A DNA stretch of 64,000 bases from a virus (taxonomy: Duplodnaviria > Caudoviricetes): positions 20,153 to 84,152 of the IMG/VR virus record IMGVR_UViG_3300008255_000007; one strand, written 5' to 3'. The notes beneath the pieces were generated by a model. That model ran no database searches and was not told where the DNA came from. It saw only the letters and a program-made list of their open reading frames with translations. The stretch's first letter is position 1. Each line of letters begins with the position of its first letter. Position numbers and translations under genes: made by a program. Positions 28,429-36,950 of this stretch are shown in pieces.

Positions 28429-28966
28429 TGGAGTCTCCGAAGTTTAAAACAGCCTGATCCCCAAATGCCATTTTTGCATATTTATCGTATTCTTTAGCAG
28501 CTTCCTTTTCATTATAGAAATGCCCTATTAACCTACTACCATGTTCGGTTTTAAGCCTAGCTACAAAACCTCCTGCAATATCAGGGTAAACTCCTACATA
28601 TTTACTTTCTTTTAGCTTCTTAGCTTTTTTACTAAATCTAGGGTCTTTATAAACACTATACTCAGGAGGAAGTCCAACAGAGACTGGAGTTACAGCGTAG
28701 CAGACTAAACCCATTACTTTCTTTCTTTCAAATAATCTATTAAAAATATTAAAGAAAATCTGCTTAGTCATTTTTATATTAGAGAAGGCTTTAAATTCAT
28801 CATATATGATTCTAGCAGGTATGAGTTTATTAGAAGTGTTCATTCCTTTAGCCTGTATAAAGGAGTTAATTTCGCTAACTTTTGGATCTTCGAAATCATC
28901 CTCTTCTTTAGCAGGCTTTTGTCTTGCTATGTTGATAAGTTCTTGTAATTTATTTATATCGCTCAT
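28421..28966 (-). CDS. DNA-binding protein: winged-helix-like domain plus AP2 domain
   Basis: C-terminal SKYVGV...FVARL...IGHF.NEKEAA..YD..A...FG..A.LNF is AP2; IYDEFKAF...KQIFF is winged-helix-like. Confidence 0.7.
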   Translation of the reverse strand: MSDINKLQELINIARQKPAKEEDDFEDPKVSEINSFIQAKGMNTSNKLIPARIIYDEFKAFSNIKMTKQIFFNIFNRLFERKKVMGLVCYAVTPVSVGLPPEYSVYKDPRFSKKAKKLKESKYVGVYPDIAGGFVARLKTEHGSRLIGHFYNEKEAAKEYDKYAKMAFGDQAVLNFGDSNE

Positions 28967-28970
28967 TTTA

Positions 28971-29357
28971 TCATTTTGATGCTTGATTAACAGAGTAAGT
29001 AAGGCCTACTGTAATAAGTGCTCCTAATCCAAAATACATTAAGTTTTCCCAGAAGTTCCTACTATCTCTAGAGGCTACTTCTTTAGCTAGATCGGTAGAA
29101 TGGTTTTTCCATAAAACTACTTGTTCATCTAAAAGCTTTTGTTGCTTCTGTGATACCTCAAGACGTTTATTAGTAATCTCAGACAACTCTTTATAGTAGT
29201 CTAAATCGATCAATTTAAACCTAGTTTCTTTTTCTTTTTCAGGAGTAAACAAGTATCCAGTATATGGAGCAGGTTCTCCTTTTTCTATATATCTAACTTG
29301 AGCTACTGAGACAAAGCTAAATGTCAATAAAGTAACTAGTGTAAAGATTCTATACAT
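28971..29357 (-). CDS. exported protein with signal peptide, coiled coil and C-terminal TM
   Basis: MYRIFTLVTLLTFSFVSVA|Q; ends LMYFGLGALITVGLTYSV. Confidence 0.6.
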   Translation of the reverse strand: MYRIFTLVTLLTFSFVSVAQVRYIEKGEPAPYTGYLFTPEKEKETRFKLIDLDYYKELSEITNKRLEVSQKQQKLLDEQVVLWKNHSTDLAKEVASRDSRNFWENLMYFGLGALITVGLTYSVNQASK

Positions 29358-29363
29358 ATGTAC

Positions 29364-29393
29364 ATTATAGCATACCTCTGTCTAAAGTGTAAA
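29364..29393 (-). promoter_or_regulatory. sigma70-type promoter, leaderless
   Basis: TTTACA-18-(TGc)TATAAT, then 6 nt, then ATG at 29357. Confidence 0.75.
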
Positions 29394-29406
29394 CAACTAA
29401 AAGTAT

Positions 29407-29937
29407 ATGTCTCATACAAATAATAGCAAGTTAGATTTTCAACAGATCATAAAGGCTGTATTTGATAGCGATAAACATAGGCTTAGGACTGATGGTATCG
29501 TCTCTTTTGAAGGCGGCGAGCAAGAAATAATTATAAGCCATCTTGATGATTCTATTAGATTAGGGGATGGGACTAACTTTCTAACCTCTACTAATATAGG
29601 AGCAGACTACGGATTAGATGTTAATATCATCGGAGGTTCTTTAACTTCTAGCGATGGAGGTCTAATTGGTGGCTTAGCCAATTCTGCAGTAAATATAACA
29701 GATACTCCCACTAAAATACCAGTAAGTGCTTTAACTGATAGACATTCTATTAGTATTAGAAATTGGGGGACTAGTAATATTTATTTTGGTACTAGCTCCG
29801 TAAGTACTTCTAATGGTTATCCAAAAAGACCTTATGAGGAATTTGTACTAAGAGCCGGAGATGCTGCAGCTACTGAAATATACGCAGTATGCGAATCTGG
29901 AGAGAGTTCTCAAGTAAGAGTAATTGAGATTGCTTAA
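29407..29937 (+). CDS. virion decoration-type protein (SKLDFQQIIK family)
   Basis: N-motif shared with 11844; C-terminal DRHSISIRNWG..IYFG...SNGYP domain. Confidence 0.55.
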   Translation: MSHTNNSKLDFQQIIKAVFDSDKHRLRTDGIVSFEGGEQEIIISHLDDSIRLGDGTNFLTSTNIGADYGLDVNIIGGSLTSSDGGLIGGLANSAVNITDTPTKIPVSALTDRHSISIRNWGTSNIYFGTSSVSTSNGYPKRPYEEFVLRAGDAAATEIYAVCESGESSQVRVIEIA

Positions 29938-29945
29938 AGTAATAG

Positions 29946-29974
29946 TTTACTCCTTACAAAGTTTATGATAAGAT
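29946..29974 (+). promoter_or_regulatory. sigma70-type promoter, leaderless
   Basis: TTTACT-17-(TGa)TAAGAT, then 7 nt, then ATG at 29982. Confidence 0.6.
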
Positions 29975-29981
29975 ACCACTA

Positions 29982-30296
29982 ATGACTTCATTTGGGCATG
30001 GTGCCGCTTCCTTTTCAGGCAATACTCCATTTATTGTAAACATAGCCACGCCTACAGCAGCTACTGAGTATAGCTATGCCTTACCTAAGAATACAACTAA
30101 GTTTAGTATTAGATCTAGACTTAATGGAAAAGTACAGCTAGCTTACACTTCTGGACAAAGTAATACCATATTCATAACTGTAGATGCTGGATTTACTTAT
30201 GAAATTCAAGGAGTTGAGCTTACTAGCAAAACTTTATATTTTAGGTCAACTAAAAATAATGATATTATAGAAATCCACGGATTCTCCCTAAGCTAA
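29982..30296 (+). CDS. small beta-sandwich virion-type protein
   Basis: All-beta pattern similar to its neighbours. Confidence 0.5.
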   Translation: MTSFGHGAASFSGNTPFIVNIATPTAATEYSYALPKNTTKFSIRSRLNGKVQLAYTSGQSNTIFITVDAGFTYEIQGVELTSKTLYFRSTKNNDIIEIHGFSLS

Positions 30297-30336
30297 TAAC
30301 AAATACTAGTGAACCTTAAAAGGGAGATATAAATAG

Positions 30337-31245
30337 ATGTCTAAACATAAAATTTTATTTGATACTACAGATGCTAACACTATTGAAGATAGTGATAGTT
30401 TAGGAGCATATTTACGTTCAAGTGATGGTACGCTTCTTACTCATACTACAGTAGGCGGTAAAGAGGCTCTTGACGTTAGAGTAGCTGAAGGTATTAACGT
30501 AGAAGTTGATCTTGATTTTGCAGATGATAGTGTTGATGTAAGCGGCTCTCAAGTTGGAATTACTGGAGATGTAAACGTAACTCAAGGAACTGATCCTTGG
30601 GTAGTTTCTGCTACTGATCTCGATATTAGAGATTTAGATGCTTCTCAGGATAATGTAGCTATCAGCGATGGTACTGACACTTTAGAAGTAAATGCTGACG
30701 GATCACTTAATGCTGTAGTATCTGCTACAGACTTAGATATTAGAGATCTTACTTTTGCTCAAGATAAAGTAGATGTTTCTGGTTCTCAAGTAGGTGTAAC
30801 AGGTGACGTTAATGTAACAGCTACCGATCTTGACATTAGGGATTTGGATGCAGCTACTGACTCTGTACAAGCATGGGCTCATGACGGAGCAGGTACTGCT
30901 CTTACAAGTACTCTTGTTGGATCAGACCAAGCACTAGATGTTAATGTCGTTGCTGCTGTTGATGGATCAGTATCTGATACAGCAATTGCTTCTGCAGTTA
31001 ATTCACTTGATGTTGCTAATACTGCAGAAGATGTAGTGGCTTCTCCTTTAGCAAATCGTAAGTTATTGTTTATTTACAATAATGGCAATAGAACTGCTTA
31101 TATCGGAGCTTCTGGTGTAAGCGCAGCTAATGGCTTTCCTTTACCTCCTGGATCTATCCTAGAGCTTAAAGCAGGCCCTTCTGTAGATATTGAATGGGTC
31201 GGACCTAACACTGACCAAGAGCTACGTACTTTAGAACTTTCTTAA
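30337..31245 (+). CDS. virion decoration/fibre protein with ATDLDIRDL repeats
   Basis: 3x ATDLDIRDL, 2x VDVSGSQVG.TGDVNVT; highly expressed codon bias; strong terminator after it. Confidence 0.65.
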   Translation: MSKHKILFDTTDANTIEDSDSLGAYLRSSDGTLLTHTTVGGKEALDVRVAEGINVEVDLDFADDSVDVSGSQVGITGDVNVTQGTDPWVVSATDLDIRDLDASQDNVAISDGTDTLEVNADGSLNAVVSATDLDIRDLTFAQDKVDVSGSQVGVTGDVNVTATDLDIRDLDAATDSVQAWAHDGAGTALTSTLVGSDQALDVNVVAAVDGSVSDTAIASAVNSLDVANTAEDVVASPLANRKLLFIYNNGNRTAYIGASGVSAANGFPLPPGSILELKAGPSVDIEWVGPNTDQELRTLELS

Positions 31246-31271
31246 AATAGTAATAAAGTTATAGAATTTAG

Positions 31272-31303
31272 AGAGAGGGCCTAAAAACCCCTCTCTTTTT
31301 TTT
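31272..31303 (+). terminator. intrinsic terminator
   Basis: AGAGAGGG/CCCTCTCT stem followed by a T run. Confidence 0.85.
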
Positions 31304-31313
31304 ATTTATAACG

Positions 31314-31342
31314 TAGACTATTATAAAAGAGTCTGATATACT
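31314..31342 (+). promoter_or_regulatory. sigma70-type promoter, leaderless
   Basis: TAGACT-17-(TGa)TATACT, then 7 nt, then ATG at 31350. Confidence 0.7.
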
Positions 31343-31349
31343 TCATGTT

Positions 31350-31565
31350 ATGGATAAAAATGCTTTTAATACTCAGGATAAAGAAAAACTAATAGCTTTC
31401 TTAAATCATGTAACAAAGCACGCTACCTTTACCCATAATACAGTACAAGCTATTGAGTTCTTTAAACTTCTAAGTCATATGCAGCAAGTAATTCTACCAA
31501 AAATGGATGCTAATTTATTAGAAGTATTAAGCGTTAAAGAGTTAAAGAAGGAAGAAGATAAGTAA
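31350..31565 (+). CDS. hypothetical helical protein
   Basis: Own promoter; typical codons. Confidence 0.6.
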   Translation: MDKNAFNTQDKEKLIAFLNHVTKHATFTHNTVQAIEFFKLLSHMQQVILPKMDANLLEVLSVKELKKEEDK

Positions 31566-31567
31566 TT

Positions 31568-31855
31568 ATGGCTTTTCAACCTTTAGATGGGCCTGGGGTA
31601 TATGGAGCACTTGCAGTAACTACTACAGCAATAGAAGTTAAAGTAGGAGCCAGTACATTAGAAGATAGAGAAGTAGTCACTGTTCAACCTATAGATGGAG
31701 ATGTATATTATGGATATGACAGTTCAGTATCAGCATCTACTGGGACCATAATTAAAAAAGGTCAATTTTTTCCATTTGAAGCAAAAGATACGCTTCCTAT
31801 CTATTTAGTAGCTGCTTCTGGAACTATAGATGTTAGAATTACGGAGGTAGCATAG
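31568..31855 (+). CDS. small virion decoration-type protein
   Basis: DREVVTVQP..GDVYYG..SSVSASTG, paralogous to the C-domains of 29407 and 30337. Confidence 0.55.
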   Translation: MAFQPLDGPGVYGALAVTTTAIEVKVGASTLEDREVVTVQPIDGDVYYGYDSSVSASTGTIIKKGQFFPFEAKDTLPIYLVAASGTIDVRITEVA

Positions 31856-32344
31856 ATGTCTACTAGACGAGGATCTCCTACAGACGTAGCATCTTCTACT
31901 CCTTTTGATAATTCAATTAATGATTTTGATTCTGATAATGTACAAGACGCTATAGAAGAAGCAAAATTACTTTCACAAGGATTTCCTAGATCTGGTATAA
32001 GAAGTACTGCTAACGGAACTGTAGGTAATAATAACTGGCTAGGGCCTAATGAACTACTACCAAATACGCCCATGGCTACTTTTCCTGTTAAGGTTCAAAT
32101 AAATGAAATAACGTGGTCTAATCAAAATATAGATGTTCAATTTCGTATAGAATTTAGAAGCGGAAGTAAAACAGGAACTATTTTTTATACATTAGATGTT
32201 GATCCTCCAAATTCAGGTTCTGGATATATTGATGGACTAACATTTGAATTTAATCCTGGTGATACTATATGGGCACAATATAAAGATGATGGACAGAATA
32301 TGTCAGATGCTGAAGTCACTTTATGGATATCGAGGATACCATAA
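31856..32344 (+). CDS. fibre-type virion protein
   Basis: PFDNS..DSDNVQDAIEE neck motif; C-domain paralogous to 33054. Confidence 0.55.
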   Translation: MSTRRGSPTDVASSTPFDNSINDFDSDNVQDAIEEAKLLSQGFPRSGIRSTANGTVGNNNWLGPNELLPNTPMATFPVKVQINEITWSNQNIDVQFRIEFRSGSKTGTIFYTLDVDPPNSGSGYIDGLTFEFNPGDTIWAQYKDDGQNMSDAEVTLWISRIP

Positions 32345-33057
32345 TGTCTCAGAAAAAGATTATACAAAACGTAAGCGGCACTACAAAGCAGATTCTAAAT
32401 AGAGATGTAGCTAACGGAGATTCTTATGATGTGCCTCCTCATTTATGGTCAGAACTAGCTATAGACACTGAAATACATAATGCAGTAACTGCAGAAGAGT
32501 ATATAATTAATAATGAAATGGTAGACTTAGTAGCTGAAGTAGGATTAGCACATTTACAAGTTATAGGAGGGGTAGTAGACAATCACTCCGATATAACACT
32601 TCTTCCTGCAGTTACCGAGAACGCTCCTGCTGTTATTAGAATATCGGATGCTGCTATAGGATTTGATATGGATATAGGAACTGAAATATTTGGACACTCC
32701 AGAATAAACAATTATGCTGGAAACGGAGTAAATGTTCAACTACATATGGCTATTAATAATACAGAAGCAGATAGATGGATACAATTTAATGTTCATTATA
32801 TAACTACAAATGGAAGAACTGATAAGCAGATGAACTCAGTTAATGGAACTCTTCAAATGGGACCTGTAGCAGTACCTACTACGGCTTGGAGAGTATTCGA
32901 AGAAGAAGTAACTATACCATCTACTGCTTTTGATAACGGAGAAGTATATATTTATATAGGAGTAGAACGAGTAGAGGCTGTAGGTAAAACAGCCCCTACT
33001 AATAATCCAGTAGTGTTAAGGTACTGTAAAAAGTACTGGGAGAGATTAGAATCATGA
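32344..33057 (+). CDS. virion protein
   Basis: Late operon, beta-rich; start moved to ATG 32344 (TAATG overlap). Confidence 0.5.
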   Translation: MSQKKIIQNVSGTTKQILNRDVANGDSYDVPPHLWSELAIDTEIHNAVTAEEYIINNEMVDLVAEVGLAHLQVIGGVVDNHSDITLLPAVTENAPAVIRISDAAIGFDMDIGTEIFGHSRINNYAGNGVNVQLHMAINNTEADRWIQFNVHYITTNGRTDKQMNSVNGTLQMGPVAVPTTAWRVFEEEVTIPSTAFDNGEVYIYIGVERVEAVGKTAPTNNPVVLRYCKKYWERLES

Positions 33058-33695
33058 GTTATAGATTTAAAGGTCAGAAAGTTATTATAGAAGGAGTAGA
33101 GAACATAATAGTTCCTACTTCCTTACCTGGATCTCCAGAAGACGGTTATTTAGCTGTAGATTCCTCTGATGGTAAACTTAAAGTATACAACGAAACTAAA
33201 GCCAGATGGGTAGTTTTAGGAGATGCTGAAGATATAGTATTTAATAATACTTCTAATGGATATACAGCTACAGAAGTACAGTCAGCTATAGAAGAGAGTT
33301 TTAACTCTGCTATTTTAAAACCTAGATTTAGTATAGTAACTACCTTTAATGGAACTACTGGAAATGAATACTTAGGATATAGTGAACTTATTCCAGGAGA
33401 TAAAACTCCTATTAGGATTCCTTTAAATTCAGTTCTTAAAGAAATAACAGTAGCATATAGAGATACGCTACTAGGATCAGCATCAATTGATGGAACGTAT
33501 AGACTTTATAAAAATGGACTTTCTAATCCAGGAGATGTAGTACATACAGAAGTATTTAGTAATCAAAATAACGGAAAATTAATAACAGGCTTAAATATAT
33601 CATTTAATGCTAATGATTATATGGTAGGACAGTGGGTAGATCAAGGATCTAACCCTAAGGATATGGTAATAGTTTACTTCTTTCAGGTACAATAA
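33054..33695 (+). CDS. fibre-type virion protein
   Basis: AEDIVFNN...ATEVQSAIEE motif. Confidence 0.55.
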   Translation: MSYRFKGQKVIIEGVENIIVPTSLPGSPEDGYLAVDSSDGKLKVYNETKARWVVLGDAEDIVFNNTSNGYTATEVQSAIEESFNSAILKPRFSIVTTFNGTTGNEYLGYSELIPGDKTPIRIPLNSVLKEITVAYRDTLLGSASIDGTYRLYKNGLSNPGDVVHTEVFSNQNNGKLITGLNISFNANDYMVGQWVDQGSNPKDMVIVYFFQVQ

Positions 33696-33696
33696 A

Positions 33697-34356
33697 ATGA
33701 CAAAATATATATATAACAATACACAAAATCAAAAAATCTATATAGGTAAGATAATAGATGCAGATTCTTATTATCTTATACAGCCTCATTTAGAAATATC
33801 CTTTGCTAATAGCAATGAAGTTCTTACAGATTTAGCAGCTTCGGATATAGTAATGTCTACTACTACGGACTCTTCTGGACATATTACAGACTTAAATAAA
33901 GCTATTGACTATTTAAAAAATAATCTGCCTCAATTGGTAGAAACTACGTCTACTCCTGCATTTGCAGCTAAAACATTAGTTATTAATGGAGTAACTAAAA
34001 AACTATTTGCAAGAAATACAGGATTTCAACAGGCATTAGACCAAGGAGCTAATACTATCAATTATAGTCTTACATATCCTTGGTGTAAAATTCTAGGAGT
34101 AGAAGTAGTAGGTGCTGAAACTTTAGATTATTGTGATTTTGAAGTCTATGATAATGCTCAAGGTAGTTACTCTGGTGTCCCTAATTTAAAACTTAATCAA
34201 TTTGCATACTCTGTTAATATCCCAAAAGATTACTATATTAGACTCTCTCAATTTGATGCTGATATTTACCAAGGAATGGTTATTAAAATAACTTATAACT
34301 CAGTATCTGCTAAGTCTGTGGGGATTAATCTAATAATGAATGAAGTTAAAGACTAA
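33697..34356 (+). CDS. virion protein
   Basis: N-terminus resembles 32344; late operon. Confidence 0.5.
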   Translation: MTKYIYNNTQNQKIYIGKIIDADSYYLIQPHLEISFANSNEVLTDLAASDIVMSTTTDSSGHITDLNKAIDYLKNNLPQLVETTSTPAFAAKTLVINGVTKKLFARNTGFQQALDQGANTINYSLTYPWCKILGVEVVGAETLDYCDFEVYDNAQGSYSGVPNLKLNQFAYSVNIPKDYYIRLSQFDADIYQGMVIKITYNSVSAKSVGINLIMNEVKD

Positions 34357-34871
34357 TGAGAACCTTAACAATAGGTTTTTCTAAGCCTATTAATAAAAGA
34401 TTGCCACTTTTTAGTTGGTTTATAAGACTTTTAGAATGGACTCCTTATTCTCATGTATATCTCAGATGGAAATCGGGACGTTTTGAAAAAGATCTGGTAT
34501 ATCAAGCATCAGGTACTACTGTTCATTTTTTAATGGGATGGCGATTTGATAAAAAGGCAGAAACTTTAGATAGTTTCGAAATAGAAATGTCAGAAGAATT
34601 ACACAGTCTATTAGTAGATAAGGCTATGAATTATGCAGGTTCTGATTATGGAATAAAACAAGTCTTCGGTATAGCTATAGTAAAGCTTGCTAGACTATTT
34701 AATAAGGACATTAAAAATCCATTTGCAGATGGAGAATCTACTTGGGTATGTTCAGAAATAGTTAAAGAACTAATAGAGGATTTAGGAATAAGTATCCCTG
34801 TTCACAGGGATAATGTAACTCCTAAAGATATATACAATATATTGAAAGAGGCGAGAGATGGCAACAATTAG
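34356..34871 (+). CDS. permuted papain-like amidase (YaeF/YiiX, C92-like)
   Basis: YSHVYL (His), YAGSDYG, WVCSEIV (Cys after His). Confidence 0.7.
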   Translation: MRTLTIGFSKPINKRLPLFSWFIRLLEWTPYSHVYLRWKSGRFEKDLVYQASGTTVHFLMGWRFDKKAETLDSFEIEMSEELHSLLVDKAMNYAGSDYGIKQVFGIAIVKLARLFNKDIKNPFADGESTWVCSEIVKELIEDLGISIPVHRDNVTPKDIYNILKEARDGNN

Positions 34872-35052
34872 AAGTAAACCAAAAGTAAAAGGCGTAGCAG
34901 GGTTTTTTAATACTCCCCCTAAATCTAAATTATTAAAAGACTATAGAGCTTTAAAAAGATATAAAGTTTTATTTTATACCAGTTTACTAGTTAACTTGTT
35001 TTTATTTTCTGTAATTTTTAAGGAAGAACTCAAGATCTTCTGGGGTTCCTAG
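34858..35052 (+). CDS. small membrane protein
   Basis: Basic N-terminus followed by one TM. Confidence 0.45.
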   Translation: MATIRSKPKVKGVAGFFNTPPKSKLLKDYRALKRYKVLFYTSLLVNLFLFSVIFKEELKIFWGS

Positions 35053-35745
35053 TCCCCACATGTTTTCTTTTCCAACATCAAAGCACTCTACATAGCCACC
35101 GTCTTTGATTAACTGGTTAAAAGTAGGAGCTACATAGAACTCTCCACGATGCCGTATATTAAGCGCTATCATCATTTCAGCAGCTCTTACGAACTCAGAG
35201 CCTTGTTTCCAGTTATAGATGCCTACAGTAGCCTCAGAGCTTACAGGCTGCTTCTCTACAACTTTAATAACTTTATTAAATCTATTACGTACTACAAAGC
35301 TCCATTTACTTTCTGTACGCTCCATAGTCATAATAACACCTTCGTAGTTACTAAATAAATGATCTACCTCTTGTAGGTAGTTATCAATATTATAATCTAT
35401 GAACTGGTCGCTGTTAGCCATCATTAGAGGGTTAGAATTATTAATATAATCTTTAGCTAAGAGTACAGTACAAGCTGCTCCTTCGGTTACAGAATCAATA
35501 GGTATAATAACACAGTTATCATTAGTAGCCTTTTTAAGGATATCATATCCTCCATAATTCTCTAGATGTTCACGTTGAGCAATGAAGATAAATCTATGAG
35601 GTCTACTAGGAGTTAGATTATCAATAACTCTTTCAATCATCCTTTTACCTTTAACGTCAATAAAAGGTTTAGGATCTTTATACCCAGCTTCTGCAAAACG
35701 AGAACCTAATCCTGCCATTGGCACTACAATATTAGTTACTTTCAT
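35002..35745 (-). CDS. sugar-phosphate nucleotidyltransferase
   Basis: VPMAGLGSRFAEAGYKDPKP, TEGAACTV, ANSDQ, VEK..S..ATVGIY, GLGTPEDL. Confidence 0.9.
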   Translation of the reverse strand: MKVTNIVVPMAGLGSRFAEAGYKDPKPFIDVKGKRMIERVIDNLTPSRPHRFIFIAQREHLENYGGYDILKKATNDNCVIIPIDSVTEGAACTVLLAKDYINNSNPLMMANSDQFIDYNIDNYLQEVDHLFSNYEGVIMTMERTESKWSFVVRNRFNKVIKVVEKQPVSSEATVGIYNWKQGSEFVRAAEMMIALNIRHRGEFYVAPTFNQLIKDGGYVECFDVGKENMWGLGTPEDLEFFLKNYRK

Positions 35746-36373
35746 TCTCGATCTCCTTAATTTTATTCTTTACGAAATCTAGAGTAACTTGAAATACACC
35801 GTCAGTTACTTCAAGAACATGTGCTCCTGAAGCACGAGCAGCTTCTATACCATTTTTATTATCTTCAACGATCAGCACTTCTTCAGGCTTAAGTCCTAGC
35901 TTAGCAATAGCAATATTATAAATCTCAGGATTAGGTTTAGCTTTACTAACATCCTCATTAGATAGTGTAAAGTCAAAGAACTTACCAAGACATGATACTT
36001 CCATAGCAGCATCTACAGTAGCCCTAATAGAATTAGAACAAAGACCTAGAGCATATCCCTCAACTTTAAGGGTAGAGAGCAGTACTAAGTGTTCTGCTAT
36101 AGGCTGACACTTCTTCATTACCAGGTTAGAGGTTAAGTCTTGTTTTAGTTTATTAATGAATTCAAAATCTCTTTTATGAATCCTACCCATACTCTCTAAC
36201 ATTTCTAATTTCTTTTTAGTAGGTAGCCCATCAAAGATAGTTAGATGTTCTTCTTCACTAATAGGTTCACTTTTATTAAAACTAAGTGCTCTGTTTAAGG
36301 CATCTTTGTGCAAATCCTTAGCGTCTAGAAGTACGCCGTCTAAATCTAGACAAATTGCTTTTATTTTACTCAT
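35732..36373 (-). CDS. HAD-family phosphatase (beta-PGM-like)
   Basis: LDLDGVL, CSNS, KPNPEIY, VEDN..GI.AA; start moved to ATG 36373. Confidence 0.9.
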   Translation of the reverse strand: MSKIKAICLDLDGVLLDAKDLHKDALNRALSFNKSEPISEEEHLTIFDGLPTKKKLEMLESMGRIHKRDFEFINKLKQDLTSNLVMKKCQPIAEHLVLLSTLKVEGYALGLCSNSIRATVDAAMEVSCLGKFFDFTLSNEDVSKAKPNPEIYNIAIAKLGLKPEEVLIVEDNKNGIEAARASGAHVLEVTDGVFQVTLDFVKNKIKEIENESN

Positions 36374-36950
36374 TAAAGAATAGTTTAGCAGATTCAGGAT
36401 ATTTTGTACAGAGGTAAATATCAAAATGAGAGTACTCTTTTAGAGACTTCCAGAAAGCTTTATAAGGCCTTCCATGAAGTTCAGGAGATACTATACAGAC
36501 TTCTTTATCATCAGATAAATATTCAAGAACAGCTTCTTTATCTACCCAATCGTATTGCATCTGATCCATCCAGATCCCATCAGCTTCTTCATAAAAAGCA
36601 GGAGTTTCATATTCACTGACTCGTGTAAATACTGTATAACCTTTAGATAGTAGCTTTAAGGATTCAGGAACGGCGGCATCAAATATAAAATAATTAAAGG
36701 TTTTATTAGCAATATCAGAGGCACTAATAATATCAGACAGATAATGGTCTAATCCACTGCTCTTAGCATTAATAGCTATAGTCTTGGTAGTAAAACAAGG
36801 TAATACGTATCGTAAGCTACCTTGAGTTCTATTAGGATCATGTCCTAATTCTAAGTCCTTATAAGTAGCCCATACGTCTACCTCTATACCGTCATAAGGT
36901 ATAGGATCATTACAATTAAAGTCATTACGTCTATGTGCTAGTATTTTCAT
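36366..36950 (-). CDS. GDPD/PLC-like phosphodiesterase
   Basis: ILAHR, GIEVDV, LGHD, VSPELHGR, CTKYP. Confidence 0.75.
   Translation of the reverse strand: MKILAHRRNDFNCNDPIPYDGIEVDVWATYKDLELGHDPNRTQGSLRYVLPCFTTKTIAINAKSSGLDHYLSDIISASDIANKTFNYFIFDAAVPESLKLLSKGYTVFTRVSEYETPAFYEEADGIWMDQMQYDWVDKEAVLEYLSDDKEVCIVSPELHGRPYKAFWKSLKEYSHFDIYLCTKYPESAKLFFNE

Noticed and set aside
30500-30900. DGR template/variable repeat pair or CRISPR array in the DLDIRDL repeats
   Set aside because: The differences are synonymous in-frame changes, not adenine-specific, and no reverse transcriptase is present.
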